64,000 bases of DNA from Candidatus Nomurabacteria bacterium (GCA_943356675.1 CALRFQ010000001.1:4147-68146); one strand, 5' to 3'; shown: positions 50,973 through 60,899, numbered from the stretch's first letter. Made by a program: numbers and translations. The notes: generated by a model not told the origin, from the letters alone.

Positions 50973-51536
50973 ATGTGTATGTCAAATAAGAGTGATAATT
51001 CTAAGAAAATCATTAAAATACTTAGCCAAAAGCCAGCTGTTGCAGTGAGTGAAATTACAAAGAGTCTGTCCCAGGAAATTGCGCAAGAACAGTTCTTGCG
51101 CCAAAGGAAGAATTCGTATGCAATAACTCGTTCAATAAAAGGCCTAGAAGAGGCAGGATTGATAGAGAATATATCATCAGGCCAAGGATTCTTCGCTCGC
51201 CTCACAAAGGAAGGCAAGAAAAAGGCTATGAGCATTAAGCTTGAGAGCGAGGATAGCCTCGTAAATACTACTTGGGACGGATACTGGCGTGTGATACTCC
51301 TAGACCTCCCAGAAAGTCGTAAGAGTGAGCGTGAATCTCTCCGCTACCTACTCAAGAAAGCCGGCTTCGTGTGCCTAAAGAATTCTGCATGGATCTCCCC
51401 TTACCCATTTGAGCACCTATTCACAAATATTAAAAAAGATCTCGGCCTTACAACCGAGCTTATGATACTAGTCACTCGCCATGTAGACGAAATGACGGAA
51501 TCTTCCCTCTTTGATCTCTTTGGATTTCATAAATAA
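50973..51536 (+). CDS. PaaX-like transcriptional regulator (wHTH plus Cas2-like central domain)
   Basis: wHTH (LEEAGLIE...RLTKEG), WDGYWRVILLDLPE, LKKAGFVCLKNSAWISP. Confidence 0.85.
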   Translation: MCMSNKSDNSKKIIKILSQKPAVAVSEITKSLSQEIAQEQFLRQRKNSYAITRSIKGLEEAGLIENISSGQGFFARLTKEGKKKAMSIKLESEDSLVNTTWDGYWRVILLDLPESRKSERESLRYLLKKAGFVCLKNSAWISPYPFEHLFTNIKKDLGLTTELMILVTRHVDEMTESSLFDLFGFHK

Positions 51537-51587
51537 TAGTTGGCTGATATTTTTAACATATGGTAAAAATATCAGCCAAAAATAAAT

Positions 51588-52202
51588 TTACTTTCTATAT
51601 TCAAAAACTACCACGCGGGCTGGGCGGATTATTTTTTCGCCGATTTTGTAGCCGGATTGAGTGACAGATGAGATGGTGTGATCTTTAGATTCATCAGAAG
51701 TTTCTGCTGTGCTGATGCTCTCATGAAGATTTGGATCGAATTTAATTCCAGTCTGGTTTATTGGAGCCACGTTATTGTCCTCTAGAACGCGGTAGAATTG
51801 CGAGCGAATATACTCTATTCCGTTTCTCCAATTCGCATCAACTTTCTCCCAAGCTTCCTTGTTGCCCATTGCCATATCGAAGCTATCTAGGACTGGAAGT
51901 AAGTCCTCTATCATTGCTGTAGTTACATGAGTACGGAGCTCCTTATATTTCTCTCCTTCACTCTTTTGAAGGTTCACATAGTCAGCCTTCGCTCTCTGCC
52001 ATCCTGTGAGGTACTCTTCCTTCTCTTTGCGAGTAAGCTTTAGGTCTGCACGGAGCTTCTTCACCACATCTTTCGTAGGAAGTGCGTCACCATCTTCGTT
52101 GCTTTCTTCATACACCAAATCCTGCTCCGGAATATCTACATGGAGGGCTTCAAGAATTTCTTGGTCAACATCTTTAGTTGTATCTTCATCATTCGTATTC
52201 AT
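51588..52202 (-). CDS. grpE: Nucleotide exchange factor GrpE
   Basis: RAKADYVN, LLPVLD, FDPNLHE, GYKIG..IIRPARV. Confidence 0.97.
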   Translation of the reverse strand: MNTNDEDTTKDVDQEILEALHVDIPEQDLVYEESNEDGDALPTKDVVKKLRADLKLTRKEKEEYLTGWQRAKADYVNLQKSEGEKYKELRTHVTTAMIEDLLPVLDSFDMAMGNKEAWEKVDANWRNGIEYIRSQFYRVLEDNNVAPINQTGIKFDPNLHESISTAETSDESKDHTISSVTQSGYKIGEKIIRPARVVVFEYRK

Positions 52203-52271
52203 ACGCGCATTATAGCAAAAATTGGTTAAAGAAAAAACCCTCTTTCGAGGGCATTTCTTCGTGTAATATAA

Positions 52272-52682
52272 TTAACGCTTACTCCACTGTGGAGCTTTGC
52301 GGGCCTTCTTCATACCGAACTTCTTACGTTCAACTTGACGAGGATCACGCTTAAGCATCTTTGCTTTCTTGAGAGTTGTGCGGAGTTCTGCGTCGTGTTC
52401 TACGAGTGCGCGAGAGATTCCGTGGCGAACTGCTTCAGCTTGAGCATGTGAGCCACCACCTTTTGTAGTAACTACTACTTCAAACTTTGGAGTACCACCT
52501 ACTGCTGTGAATGCATCGTTTATGATCTTCTTTAGTTCTGCTGTTGGGAAGTATACTGCGAAGTCTTTGCCGTTTATTGTGTATGAAGTCTTACTAGCTG
52601 GAATGAGCTTCACTACAGCAGTAGCAGTCTTACGACGGCCGATTGCGCGAATGTATTCTTTTGTGTTTGCTTTCTTTTCCAT
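52272..52682 (-). CDS. rpsI: 30S ribosomal protein S9
   Basis: GRRKTA, RDPRQVERKK, PQWSKR. Confidence 0.98.
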   Translation of the reverse strand: MEKKANTKEYIRAIGRRKTATAVVKLIPASKTSYTINGKDFAVYFPTAELKKIINDAFTAVGGTPKFEVVVTTKGGGSHAQAEAVRHGISRALVEHDAELRTTLKKAKMLKRDPRQVERKKFGMKKARKAPQWSKR

Positions 52683-52686
52683 AATA

Positions 52687-53040
52687 TTATTCTGTTACTG
52701 TTAAGTTCTTCATCATACCATCGCGTAGTTTGTTTGCTGGAAGCATGTTGAATATCGCGAGCTTGTATAGCTCTACGAAGCCTTTGTGAGTGATGATTGT
52801 AGCATTACTCTTAAGCTTAAGTCCTCCTGGACGTCCAGAATACTTTTCATGCATTGTTTCAAGCTTTCTTTTCTCAGTCATCTTAGTCTTACTTGCGTTT
52901 ATGATTGTAACTTTTGTCTTTGGAGCAACGTTTGGAGAATAGTCTGGTGAATCCTTACCCATAAGCATTTTAGCTACCTCGGATGAGAGACGACCTAGAA
53001 CTTTATCTGTTGCATCAACTGTGATTGTTTTGTTTGTCAT
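52687..53040 (-). CDS. rplM: 50S ribosomal protein L13
   Basis: VDATDKVLGRL, LMGK, SGRPGG, NMLP; likely start MTNKT. Confidence 0.96.
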   Translation of the reverse strand: MTNKTITVDATDKVLGRLSSEVAKMLMGKDSPDYSPNVAPKTKVTIINASKTKMTEKRKLETMHEKYSGRPGGLKLKSNATIITHKGFVELYKLAIFNMLPANKLRDGMMKNLTVTE

Positions 53041-53044
53041 ATAA

Positions 53045-53398
53045 TTATACAAATTCTATTACAGCCATCTTTGCAGCGTCACCGGCGCGTCTTGGCAATT
53101 TAGTAATACGAGTGTAACCTCCTGTGCGATCCTTGTACTTTGGGGCAATGATATCGATAAGCTTTCCAGCCTCTGCGGTAAGGTTGTAAAGGCGAGCTAT
53201 CACAAGACGGCGTGAGTGGATAGTACCTCCGTTTGCAGTCGTAATGAGCTTCTCAATGTGTGGGCGGAGTTCCTTTGCTTTCGCTTCAGTAGTCTCGATA
53301 CGGCCGTGAGCAATAATAGCAAGCATCAAACCCTTAAGTAGAGAGTGACGTTGGTTTCTTGTTCTTCCGAATTTTCTGTTATGGTTGTGATGTCTCAT
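53045..53398 (-). CDS. rplQ: 50S ribosomal protein L17
   Basis: MRHH, IETTEAKAKE, RTGGYTRI, RAGDAA. Confidence 0.98.
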   Translation of the reverse strand: MRHHNHNRKFGRTRNQRHSLLKGLMLAIIAHGRIETTEAKAKELRPHIEKLITTANGGTIHSRRLVIARLYNLTAEAGKLIDIIAPKYKDRTGGYTRITKLPRRAGDAAKMAVIEFV

Positions 53399-53423
53399 AA
53401 ATTAATTTCTAATGTTTTAATAA

Positions 53424-54404
53424 TTATTCTTTAAGTGAAATTCCGTATGCAGTCAAAACTTTCTTGATTTCTTGAATGCCTTTCTCACCTATTCCTTCGA
53501 TCTCAAGAAGGTCTTCTTTCTTCTTGCGAGCGATACCACCTACAGTGCGGATGTTTGCACTCATAAGTGAATTTAATGTTCTTGTTGAGAAATCAAGTGT
53601 GTCGATACGAGTTTTCAAGATGTCAGTGAATTCACCACCTTCTTCTTTACTATCTTTATCTTCCTTCTCACTATTTGTATCATCGTGAGCAACTTCCTTC
53701 GCTGTGTTTCGGCTCACGCTAAAACCAACGATTGATTCTAATTGCTGTACCATGATTGAAATAGATTGCTCAAGAGCTTCACGAGGTGTAAGAGTACCGT
53801 CTGTCTCGATAGTCATACGTAGACGGTTGTGGTTTGTCTTGTCTCCCACGCGCATGTTCTCTACTTCGTAAGCAACACGGCGGATAGGAGTGAAGATTGC
53901 GTCTACTGAGATAGATCCGATGTCAGTCTTCATTTTCTGGTGCATATCCTTTGCAACGAAACCAAGGCCTTTCACGATTGTCATTTCAATATTCAAATTT
54001 GCCTTGTCTGTTATCTCTGCAATGTACAAGTCTTTGTTTAGAACTTCTACTTGTCCAGAAACTGTAATATCACCTGCAGTAACTAGCTTTGGGCCTTTTA
54101 CTGAAAGTGTCACTGTCTGAGGCTCGTCTGTAAACAAACGAAAACGAACCTGCTTAAGGTGTAGAAGCATTGTTATCACATCTTCTTTCACACCGTCTAG
54201 CACTGAGAATTCATGCTCAACACCATCAATCTTAAGTGAAGTAATAGCTGCACCTGGTAGAGATGATAGGATAATACGGCGTAGTGAATTACCTAGAGTA
54301 TGTCCATACCCAGGGTAAAGTCCGTCTATTTCATAGATGCCTTTTTTTGCATCTTCAGAAACGACTGCTAATTTAGATGGTAACAAAACTTGTATATCAG
54401 ACAT
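53424..54404 (-). CDS. rpoA: RNA polymerase alpha subunit
   Basis: GYGHTLGNSLRRIILSS, HEFS, DAIFTP, alpha-CTD. Confidence 0.99.
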   Translation of the reverse strand: MSDIQVLLPSKLAVVSEDAKKGIYEIDGLYPGYGHTLGNSLRRIILSSLPGAAITSLKIDGVEHEFSVLDGVKEDVITMLLHLKQVRFRLFTDEPQTVTLSVKGPKLVTAGDITVSGQVEVLNKDLYIAEITDKANLNIEMTIVKGLGFVAKDMHQKMKTDIGSISVDAIFTPIRRVAYEVENMRVGDKTNHNRLRMTIETDGTLTPREALEQSISIMVQQLESIVGFSVSRNTAKEVAHDDTNSEKEDKDSKEEGGEFTDILKTRIDTLDFSTRTLNSLMSANIRTVGGIARKKKEDLLEIEGIGEKGIQEIKKVLTAYGISLKE

Positions 54405-54467
54405 ATGATTTTGGCAGCCGAAGCTGCATATATATTTATTATTTATTAAAAATAACCATACGCTCTA

Positions 54468-55076
54468 TTAACGACTATAGAACTCAAGCACAGTTGGAAG
54501 ATCAAGATACCCTTCAGTATTCTTCATCTTACCTTGAACGACTCCTGATAAAGTAGCGACATTAAATGTTAGCCAGTTTGGAATTGTGTAGTCTTTCTGC
54601 TTCTTATCCATTTCAGCGAATAGTGGACTCTTCTTACTACCTTCGCGAACTGCGATTACATCACCAACGCGAACTCTTTGTGATGCAACTGTAGTCTTCT
54701 TACCATTTACTGTAATGTGACCGTGAGATGTCATTTGGCGAGATAGACGGCGTGTGTGTGCTAGTCCTAGGCGGTATACAACGTTATCAAGTCTTGATTC
54801 TAGAAGTTCAAATAAGTAGTCAGCTGCAATTACTCCCTTGTGAGCAACTGCTTCGTTGATGTAGTTTGAAAATTGCTTTTCTGAGATACCATAAGTAAAA
54901 CGAACTTTCTGCTTCTCGATGAACTGAGCAGCATATCCAGAAAGTGCCTTTGGGCGCTTGTCTTTCTTACCTTTATCATGACGAGCTACAGATGCGACGA
55001 ATTTAGGTGTTTGACATTTTTCAAACACACCTGGACCTAATCTTCTACAAATTTTATATTTTTGGACTGTTTTCAT
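54468..55076 (-). CDS. rpsD: 30S ribosomal protein S4
   Basis: EKQKVRFTYG, LESRLDNVVYRLG, EFYSR. Confidence 0.98.
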   Translation of the reverse strand: MKTVQKYKICRRLGPGVFEKCQTPKFVASVARHDKGKKDKRPKALSGYAAQFIEKQKVRFTYGISEKQFSNYINEAVAHKGVIAADYLFELLESRLDNVVYRLGLAHTRRLSRQMTSHGHITVNGKKTTVASQRVRVGDVIAVREGSKKSPLFAEMDKKQKDYTIPNWLTFNVATLSGVVQGKMKNTEGYLDLPTVLEFYSR

Positions 55077-55081
55077 ATGTT

Positions 55082-55531
55082 TTATACGCGACGTGGCTTC
55101 TTAGGCTTTGGACCATTGTGTGGCACTGGAGTGACATCTCTGATTGTTGAAATCTCGATGTCAAATGCCATAAATGCACGAATAGTTGGCTCTCGTCCTG
55201 AACCTACACCTTTAACTACTACATCTACTTCCTTGATTCCAAGAGCTTTTGCCTTTTCACCAAGTACATTTCCTACCTTTGATGCTGCGAATGGAGTTCC
55301 CTTCTTTGCGCCTTTAAATCCTAGGCTACCTGCTGATGATGAGAATATAGTATTGCCTTGCTTGTCGGAAACAACTGCTTTAGTGTTGTTAAAAGTAGCT
55401 TCAATATGGAGAGTTCCAGCGACCACCTTTTTCTTTGGTGACTTACCAGATGTTTTCACTACCGGTGCTGCTACTACTCCTTCTACTACCTTCTCTTCCT
55501 CTTTTTTAGTTGTAACTTTTTTTGTTGGCAT
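55082..55531 (-). CDS. rpsK: 30S ribosomal protein S11
   Basis: ATFNNT, GFKGAKKGTPFAA, DVTPVPHNG. Confidence 0.98.
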   Translation of the reverse strand: MPTKKVTTKKEEEKVVEGVVAAPVVKTSGKSPKKKVVAGTLHIEATFNNTKAVVSDKQGNTIFSSSAGSLGFKGAKKGTPFAASKVGNVLGEKAKALGIKEVDVVVKGVGSGREPTIRAFMAFDIEISTIRDVTPVPHNGPKPKKPRRV

Positions 55532-55545
55532 AATATTATTTAAAA

Positions 55546-55926
55546 TTATTTCTTAGCTTCCTTTCGGCGACCGGATGCCATTGTCTTTCTAACGTTTCCA
55601 CGAACTGTACGAGAGTTTGTCTTTGTGCGCTGGCCATTTACTGGAAGCTTTCTCATATGTCTTACTCCGCGGTAAGCTTTGATGTCCTTCAAACGCTTAA
55701 TGTTTGCAGAAATTTCACGCTTAAGGTTACCTTCAATACTAAAACCTTCTATGATCTTTCTGATAGCGTTCTCTTCATCTACAGTAAGAGTGTCGCCCTT
55801 TGTACGAGGGTCGATCTTTACTTCTTTCAAAACTTTGCGGGCACGAGATAGACCAATACCATAAAGCGCTGTGAGCGCGATATCTAAATGCTTATCATTA
55901 GGAATGTTTATACCGAGTATTCTCAT
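55546..55926 (-). CDS. rpsM: 30S ribosomal protein S13
   Basis: LYGIG, YRGVRH, LPVNGQRTKTNSRT. Confidence 0.98.
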   Translation of the reverse strand: MRILGINIPNDKHLDIALTALYGIGLSRARKVLKEVKIDPRTKGDTLTVDEENAIRKIIEGFSIEGNLKREISANIKRLKDIKAYRGVRHMRKLPVNGQRTKTNSRTVRGNVRKTMASGRRKEAKK

Positions 55927-55929
55927 AAA

Positions 55930-56040
55930 TTATTGCTTTTGTTTATGCTTAGGGTTCTCACAAATAACAAGAACATGGCCAGCTCTCTTGACCATTTTAC
56001 ATTTCGCACAAATTTTTTTAACTGCTGATTTAATTTTCAT
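55930..56040 (-). CDS. rpmJ: 50S ribosomal protein L36
   Basis: Not in ORF track. Manual translation [36 protein letters not shown]. Confidence 0.96.
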   Translation of the reverse strand: MKIKSAVKKICAKCKMVKRAGHVLVICENPKHKQKQ

Positions 56041-56171
56041 TGGTAATAAAATAACGTATAAAATAACGAAAGAAAATATAGGGTTTTAACCCTGTATTTG
56101 TGATTCGGGATATATGGGACTATAATACACTATATCTTTATTTAATGCAAGCCCTTGTGTGTGGACCCATA

Positions 56172-56387
56172 TTAAACACGCTTGATGATCCTTCCTTTTC
56201 CACCGTAAGGGTCGATAAGCACCTCAACTCTGTCTCCTACAAGCACCTTAATGCGGTGCATTCGCATCTTACCAGAAAGATAAGCGATGATTAATTTATC
56301 ATCGCCTAAATCTACTCTGAAAAGAGTATTTGGGAGTGCCTCAGTTACCGTCGCCATTAAAGTATTGTTTTCGTTTTGTTGATTCAT
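56172..56387 (-). CDS. infA: Translation initiation factor IF-1
   Basis: EALPNTLFRV, SGKMRMHRIKVLVGDRV. Confidence 0.98.
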   Translation of the reverse strand: MNQQNENNTLMATVTEALPNTLFRVDLGDDKLIIAYLSGKMRMHRIKVLVGDRVEVLIDPYGGKGRIIKRV

Positions 56388-56434
56388 GAAATAGTTAGTA
56401 CATAATACTAAACTAATGAGGAATAGTCAATATA

Positions 56435-57805
56435 TTATTCTACTGAAATCTTTATGTGAGAGATATCCTCTGGTAATTTTGACTGCCATGGTGGGCGGAA
56501 GATGGCTCTCGCCTTTGCTATGCCTGGATCGCTTAAATAAAATGTATCTAGTGATTCCTTGTCAGTACCAATTATCTTATTTTTTAAAATATCTACATAC
56601 GGCTTCCAAAGCAGTGTATCCTCTCCAGTTAAATTGAATTTAAAATTAGTAGTAGATTTATTTATCAAAGTATTTGTATCCGTATACGCAAACACAAATT
56701 CTTTCATTTTCTGTGAATATATCTCCTTCACCTCTTCATCCTTCACATCAGAATAAGTGGACCGAATGAGTGCAACATTCAATTCGTCAATTTTAAATAT
56801 AGGAGCTGAAAGCGTGCCAGTGATAGTCACAGTACCTTCTGGAGTCTTCGATTCAAAAACTTCATCACTGATTTTCTTTGAGAACTGCATGCTTCCTGTG
56901 TATACGATGTATCCGGGAGGCACTTGAGCCTGAAGCTTCTTTACAAGCTTGTTGTATAGAGCTGTACCAGAATCCACTATCACCTTTCCCTTGTCTTGAG
57001 CTGAGAGCATATAATATTGCCCTGTTCTACCTAGAGAAAGCGATCCATTTGACCTCGCGTATATCTTCGTAGCTTTCGTCGTGCCCTTAAAGCCTACAAT
57101 GGAGAAGTCTCTGGGCTCACCATTGTATTTTTCACCAGCAAGAGCTGCTGTCACATTTACTGCAATACTCCCAGGTATGATTTTTGTGCCACTTGTCTTG
57201 TAGCCAGGAATAGATATTTCTTTATCGGTGAGGTAAACATTCAGCTTGTCATCAATTAATTTTGTATTTATCAATAATTTTTGAGGTTTCGTACTGAATT
57301 CGTTGTAAATATAAACTTCACCCTTAGCTTTTGTAGATACATCTTTGCTTTCAGTGAATACAGCATCTTGCTTATCCTCACCATCTACTATCATTATCTC
57401 GAAATGTAGTGGCATATTTTCCGCCTTACTCGCAGTAAAACCTTCCTTGCTTAATGTGTAAGCCTGAGTTTTTGGAGTAATATCAATATATACATATGAA
57501 AAGTATTTGTTTATCAATAAAACTACACCGAGAACAAATAGGACTGCAATTACAATAATAAAGATAAGTTTTTTATTCACATTATTCCTTCTTTGAGGAA
57601 CATATTTTTCTGGAGTAATAATTTCCACCTTCGGTAAGATATTTACGATAGGTTCGGGCTGAGGTTTTGAACTTAGGTCTTCTTCGTATTCAGATCCTGT
57701 GATTTTTACCGCGGGTGTCCTTAGCTCCTCAATCTTTATCTTCTCGATATTTGGAATTTTCCTGCCACCTTGTGGCACTATATCTTGAATAATACTATTT
57801 TTCAT
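56435..57805 (-). CDS. Single-TM protein with a large extracytoplasmic region (baseplate-J-like segment)
   Basis: Likely start MKNSIIQDIVP; TM ~aa 80-100; KAKGEVYIYN...IPG...VTAALAGEKYN. Confidence 0.7.
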   Translation of the reverse strand: MKNSIIQDIVPQGGRKIPNIEKIKIEELRTPAVKITGSEYEEDLSSKPQPEPIVNILPKVEIITPEKYVPQRRNNVNKKLIFIIVIAVLFVLGVVLLINKYFSYVYIDITPKTQAYTLSKEGFTASKAENMPLHFEIMIVDGEDKQDAVFTESKDVSTKAKGEVYIYNEFSTKPQKLLINTKLIDDKLNVYLTDKEISIPGYKTSGTKIIPGSIAVNVTAALAGEKYNGEPRDFSIVGFKGTTKATKIYARSNGSLSLGRTGQYYMLSAQDKGKVIVDSGTALYNKLVKKLQAQVPPGYIVYTGSMQFSKKISDEVFESKTPEGTVTITGTLSAPIFKIDELNVALIRSTYSDVKDEEVKEIYSQKMKEFVFAYTDTNTLINKSTTNFKFNLTGEDTLLWKPYVDILKNKIIGTDKESLDTFYLSDPGIAKARAIFRPPWQSKLPEDISHIKISVE

Positions 57806-58985
57806 AATTTGTTCTCGAAGCAGCGATGGCTTCAATCATAATAAATGGATCACAATTCCCGTCTGTAATCTTGCATACATCGAGAAATAACTGCCCACCA
57901 AGAGTAGTAACATTGAACTTCTTCTTTTCTGTACCGCTTCCTATCTGAATACCGTTTGCCACAACTTCTCGGAACCAAAGTGCAGTATCTATATCTGTAA
58001 TCAGAAATATCATAGAAGGCACTGCAATAGTCTTTGGCAGTAGTGCGATGGACTTTTCAAACATAACACTCCAAGACTTTTGCACTTGCTCTATAGTAGG
58101 GGCAATTTCATCTTTCGATTTATCATCTAGCATATTATTGGCATGAAGTGATATAAGCGACTTCGCTTGATCCACAGGCATACCAAACTCACGAAATGCG
58201 CGAACTATCCCATACTTTCCTATCGGGAATGAAATTGTGGATATAAGAACATCTCCAGATACTATGGCAATGTCTGTGAGCTCACCTCTTATGTCTATTA
58301 AGAAATATGCATCATTATCCTCGAAGCGCTCTCTCGCACCTGTATAAATAGATGTAAGGAATGTCGAAAACGATATCGGAGTATGATGGAACACCTTCAT
58401 CAAGCTATCCTTGATACGAGTAAGGCAAATCTCTGGGCTGATACTCACGAACAAATGAATATCTAGGGTTTTAGCCTTTTTACCAATTGGATCATCTGTC
58501 TTGTATCCATTTAGCCTACTTTGGAAGATTTTACTCTCTATGAGAATAGATTTCCCTTCTATGTCCTCATATTTCTTTTTATATATATCTACTAGGTTTT
58601 TGAGCTCATCAGAGACTAAATCGTCAATCATACCTTTTGTAATATAAAAAGGTTCAGGCTTCTCTATATGAAGTTCTCTAGTTTCTCCGATGAACCATGG
58701 TGAAGCAAGCACGCACATTATTTCCTCTGGTGCACCAAGCTTCGCATTGTATATCTCCGTCGCAGACTGATACAATGACTTCTGCATATCGACAAAAAAT
58801 GTTTCAAAATCGAGCTCATCTTGAAAAGCGATATCTACTCTTGATTGTGTAATTATAGTTGGAGACTTTTGAATGCCATCAATTTTTGGAAATATTTTTA
58901 CAAGTGCACCGCCTACGCTCCCAGAACCAATATCAAATATTGCAATAATTTTTTCTTTATTTTTATTTCCACCAAAAAATCCCAT
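57795..58985 (-). CDS. FtsA-like actin-fold protein
   Basis: FDIGSGSVG and IDIRGELTDI phosphate loops; SFPIG. Confidence 0.75.
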   Translation of the reverse strand: MGFFGGNKNKEKIIAIFDIGSGSVGGALVKIFPKIDGIQKSPTIITQSRVDIAFQDELDFETFFVDMQKSLYQSATEIYNAKLGAPEEIMCVLASPWFIGETRELHIEKPEPFYITKGMIDDLVSDELKNLVDIYKKKYEDIEGKSILIESKIFQSRLNGYKTDDPIGKKAKTLDIHLFVSISPEICLTRIKDSLMKVFHHTPISFSTFLTSIYTGARERFEDNDAYFLIDIRGELTDIAIVSGDVLISTISFPIGKYGIVRAFREFGMPVDQAKSLISLHANNMLDDKSKDEIAPTIEQVQKSWSVMFEKSIALLPKTIAVPSMIFLITDIDTALWFREVVANGIQIGSGTEKKKFNVTTLGGQLFLDVCKITDGNCDPFIMIEAIAASRTNYEK

Positions 58986-59003
58986 ATAGTTTATTATACT
59001 ACA

Positions 59004-59094
59004 GACTAGGTTCTAGTAGCTAGTGACTAGGTTGCCTTTTTAAGAATTTTATTTTGTTTTTTCTAGAAACTAGAACCTAACTACTAGAAACTAA
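59004..59094. repeat. Two blocks of 7-bp periodic CTAG repeats
   Basis: CTAG at 59006/13/20/27; CTAG or CTAA at 59063/70/77/84/91. Confidence 0.75.
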
Positions 59095-60836
59095 TCCAAT
59101 ACTGCTTTAATACGGCGGATGCCAGCTGCTACTGCTTCTTCTTTTTGAATTTTGAAATACCCAAGTTCTTTTGTATTTGTGACGTGTGGTCCTCCGCAGA
59201 ATTCTTTTGAGAATTGATTGCCACTTTCGTCTTCGACGAAGTATACAGATACAGTTTCAGGATACTTTGCTCCGAATTCCATCTGTGCACCAATCTTCTC
59301 CGCCTCAGCAAGCGGCATTTCTCGGCGAATTACATTCAGTCCTGCACTTATCTTCTCATTTACGAGGTCTTCCACCTTCTTTTTCTCTTCATCTGTAAGT
59401 TTGTGGTCGCACATGAAGTCTATACGTAGTCTCTCTTCTGTAATATTACTTCCTCTTTGCTTAATATCAGGGCTCACAACTTTCTGCAGTGCTGCTAAAA
59501 GCAAATGATGTGCGGTATGCAAACGAATTGTCTTCTCATTGTGATTTGCAAGTCCACCTTTAAACATTCCCGCAGAAGAAGTTTGTGATAGTTTCTGGTG
59601 CTCCGCCATTTTCTGATTGAAATCTTCTAAATTAATTTCAATTCCTTTTTCCTTAGCAATTTCGAGTGTAAGTTCTATTGGAAAACCGTAAGTAGTAGCT
59701 AGAACAAATGGATCTGTACCTTTTTCGAATTCTTTGAGTCCATTTGTGAGTGTTTGTCGGAATTTAGACTCTTCATTTGCAATTTCTTTCTTAATTACTT
59801 CACTATTTGAAAGTAGTTCTGGGTATACATCCTTGTACTGCTCTATAATAATGTCGACAATTTGAGAAAGCGCTTCATTTTTGAAGCCCAAAGTATCTGC
59901 AAACCTTACTGCACGGCGAAGTAATCGGCGTAGGATATATCCGCGTCCTGTGTTTCCGGGAATTGCACCGTCTGCCATTATAAATACGCTTGTACGAATA
60001 TGATCAGCTACAATTCTTTTTGCTTTTGTATTATCTACTGTTGAGTGTTCGTTTATTTTAGAAATAATATTTGAAAATAGATCAGTATCAAAAATATTAT
60101 TTTTACCCTGAACTGCCATAACGACACGCTCAAGTCCTGAGCCAGTGTCTACGTTCTGTTGAGATAATTTTCCGACAACTTTCCCATCCTTTTTCACATA
60201 CTGCATGAAAACATCGTTCCAAATTTCTACAACTTTCTGAGACTCATCGGCTTTCATGTATTCTTCCTTTGTAAGGTCACCAAGCCCTTCTGTTGTGACA
60301 TCATAAAACATCTCAGTGTCTGGTCCGCATGGGCCATTATCTCCCACACTCCACCAGTTTGACTTCGCTCCCATGAAATAAATTCTATTCTCAGGAATAA
60401 ACTTTTTCCAAATCTCAAACGCTTCTGTATCCTTTGGAGAATTTTCGTCACCCTCAAACACAGTTACATAAAGTCTATTTGGATCAAGCCCAAGTCCTTC
60501 ATCTTTTGAAGTTAGAAATTCATAGCTCCATGCTATGGCCTCATCCTTGAAATAATCTCCTAGAGACCAGTTACCCATCATTTCGAAAAATGTGTCATGA
60601 GTATTGTCACCTACTTCATCTATATCTTGAGTGCGGACGCATTTCTGAACGTTTACAAGCTTAGTTCCTAGTGGATGCTTCTCGCCCATTAAATACGGCA
60701 CAAGAGGCTGCATACCAGCAGTGTTGAAAAGCACAGATGGATCGTTCTCTGGCACGAGTGATGCTGAAGGTATTATTTTGTGGCCGCGCTTCTCAAAAAA
60801 TGTTAGGAAGCGAGAGCGGATTTCATTTGATTGCAT
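59091..60836 (-). CDS. alaS: Alanine--tRNA ligase, short form without C-Ala domain
   Basis: FNTAGMQP, GPCGP, EIWNDVF, DTGSGLER, HTAHH, EFCGGPH; ends at GIRRIKAVLD. Confidence 0.97.
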   Translation of the reverse strand: MQSNEIRSRFLTFFEKRGHKIIPSASLVPENDPSVLFNTAGMQPLVPYLMGEKHPLGTKLVNVQKCVRTQDIDEVGDNTHDTFFEMMGNWSLGDYFKDEAIAWSYEFLTSKDEGLGLDPNRLYVTVFEGDENSPKDTEAFEIWKKFIPENRIYFMGAKSNWWSVGDNGPCGPDTEMFYDVTTEGLGDLTKEEYMKADESQKVVEIWNDVFMQYVKKDGKVVGKLSQQNVDTGSGLERVVMAVQGKNNIFDTDLFSNIISKINEHSTVDNTKAKRIVADHIRTSVFIMADGAIPGNTGRGYILRRLLRRAVRFADTLGFKNEALSQIVDIIIEQYKDVYPELLSNSEVIKKEIANEESKFRQTLTNGLKEFEKGTDPFVLATTYGFPIELTLEIAKEKGIEINLEDFNQKMAEHQKLSQTSSAGMFKGGLANHNEKTIRLHTAHHLLLAALQKVVSPDIKQRGSNITEERLRIDFMCDHKLTDEEKKKVEDLVNEKISAGLNVIRREMPLAEAEKIGAQMEFGAKYPETVSVYFVEDESGNQFSKEFCGGPHVTNTKELGYFKIQKEEAVAAGIRRIKAVLD

Positions 60837-60899
60837 ATTTATACTATAGCAAATAATGGCCTAAATTAAAATCACCCCAAGCTGGAGTGATTATAATTA

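Noticed and set aside
50973-51536. Possible CRISPR-Cas locus (Cas2-like domain)
   Set aside because: No repeat-spacer array or other cas gene in the window; the domain layout fits PaaX-like regulators.
56435-57805. Prophage or contractile injection system
   Set aside because: Only a weak baseplate-J-like segment in a TM protein; no tail, sheath, capsid or integrase genes.
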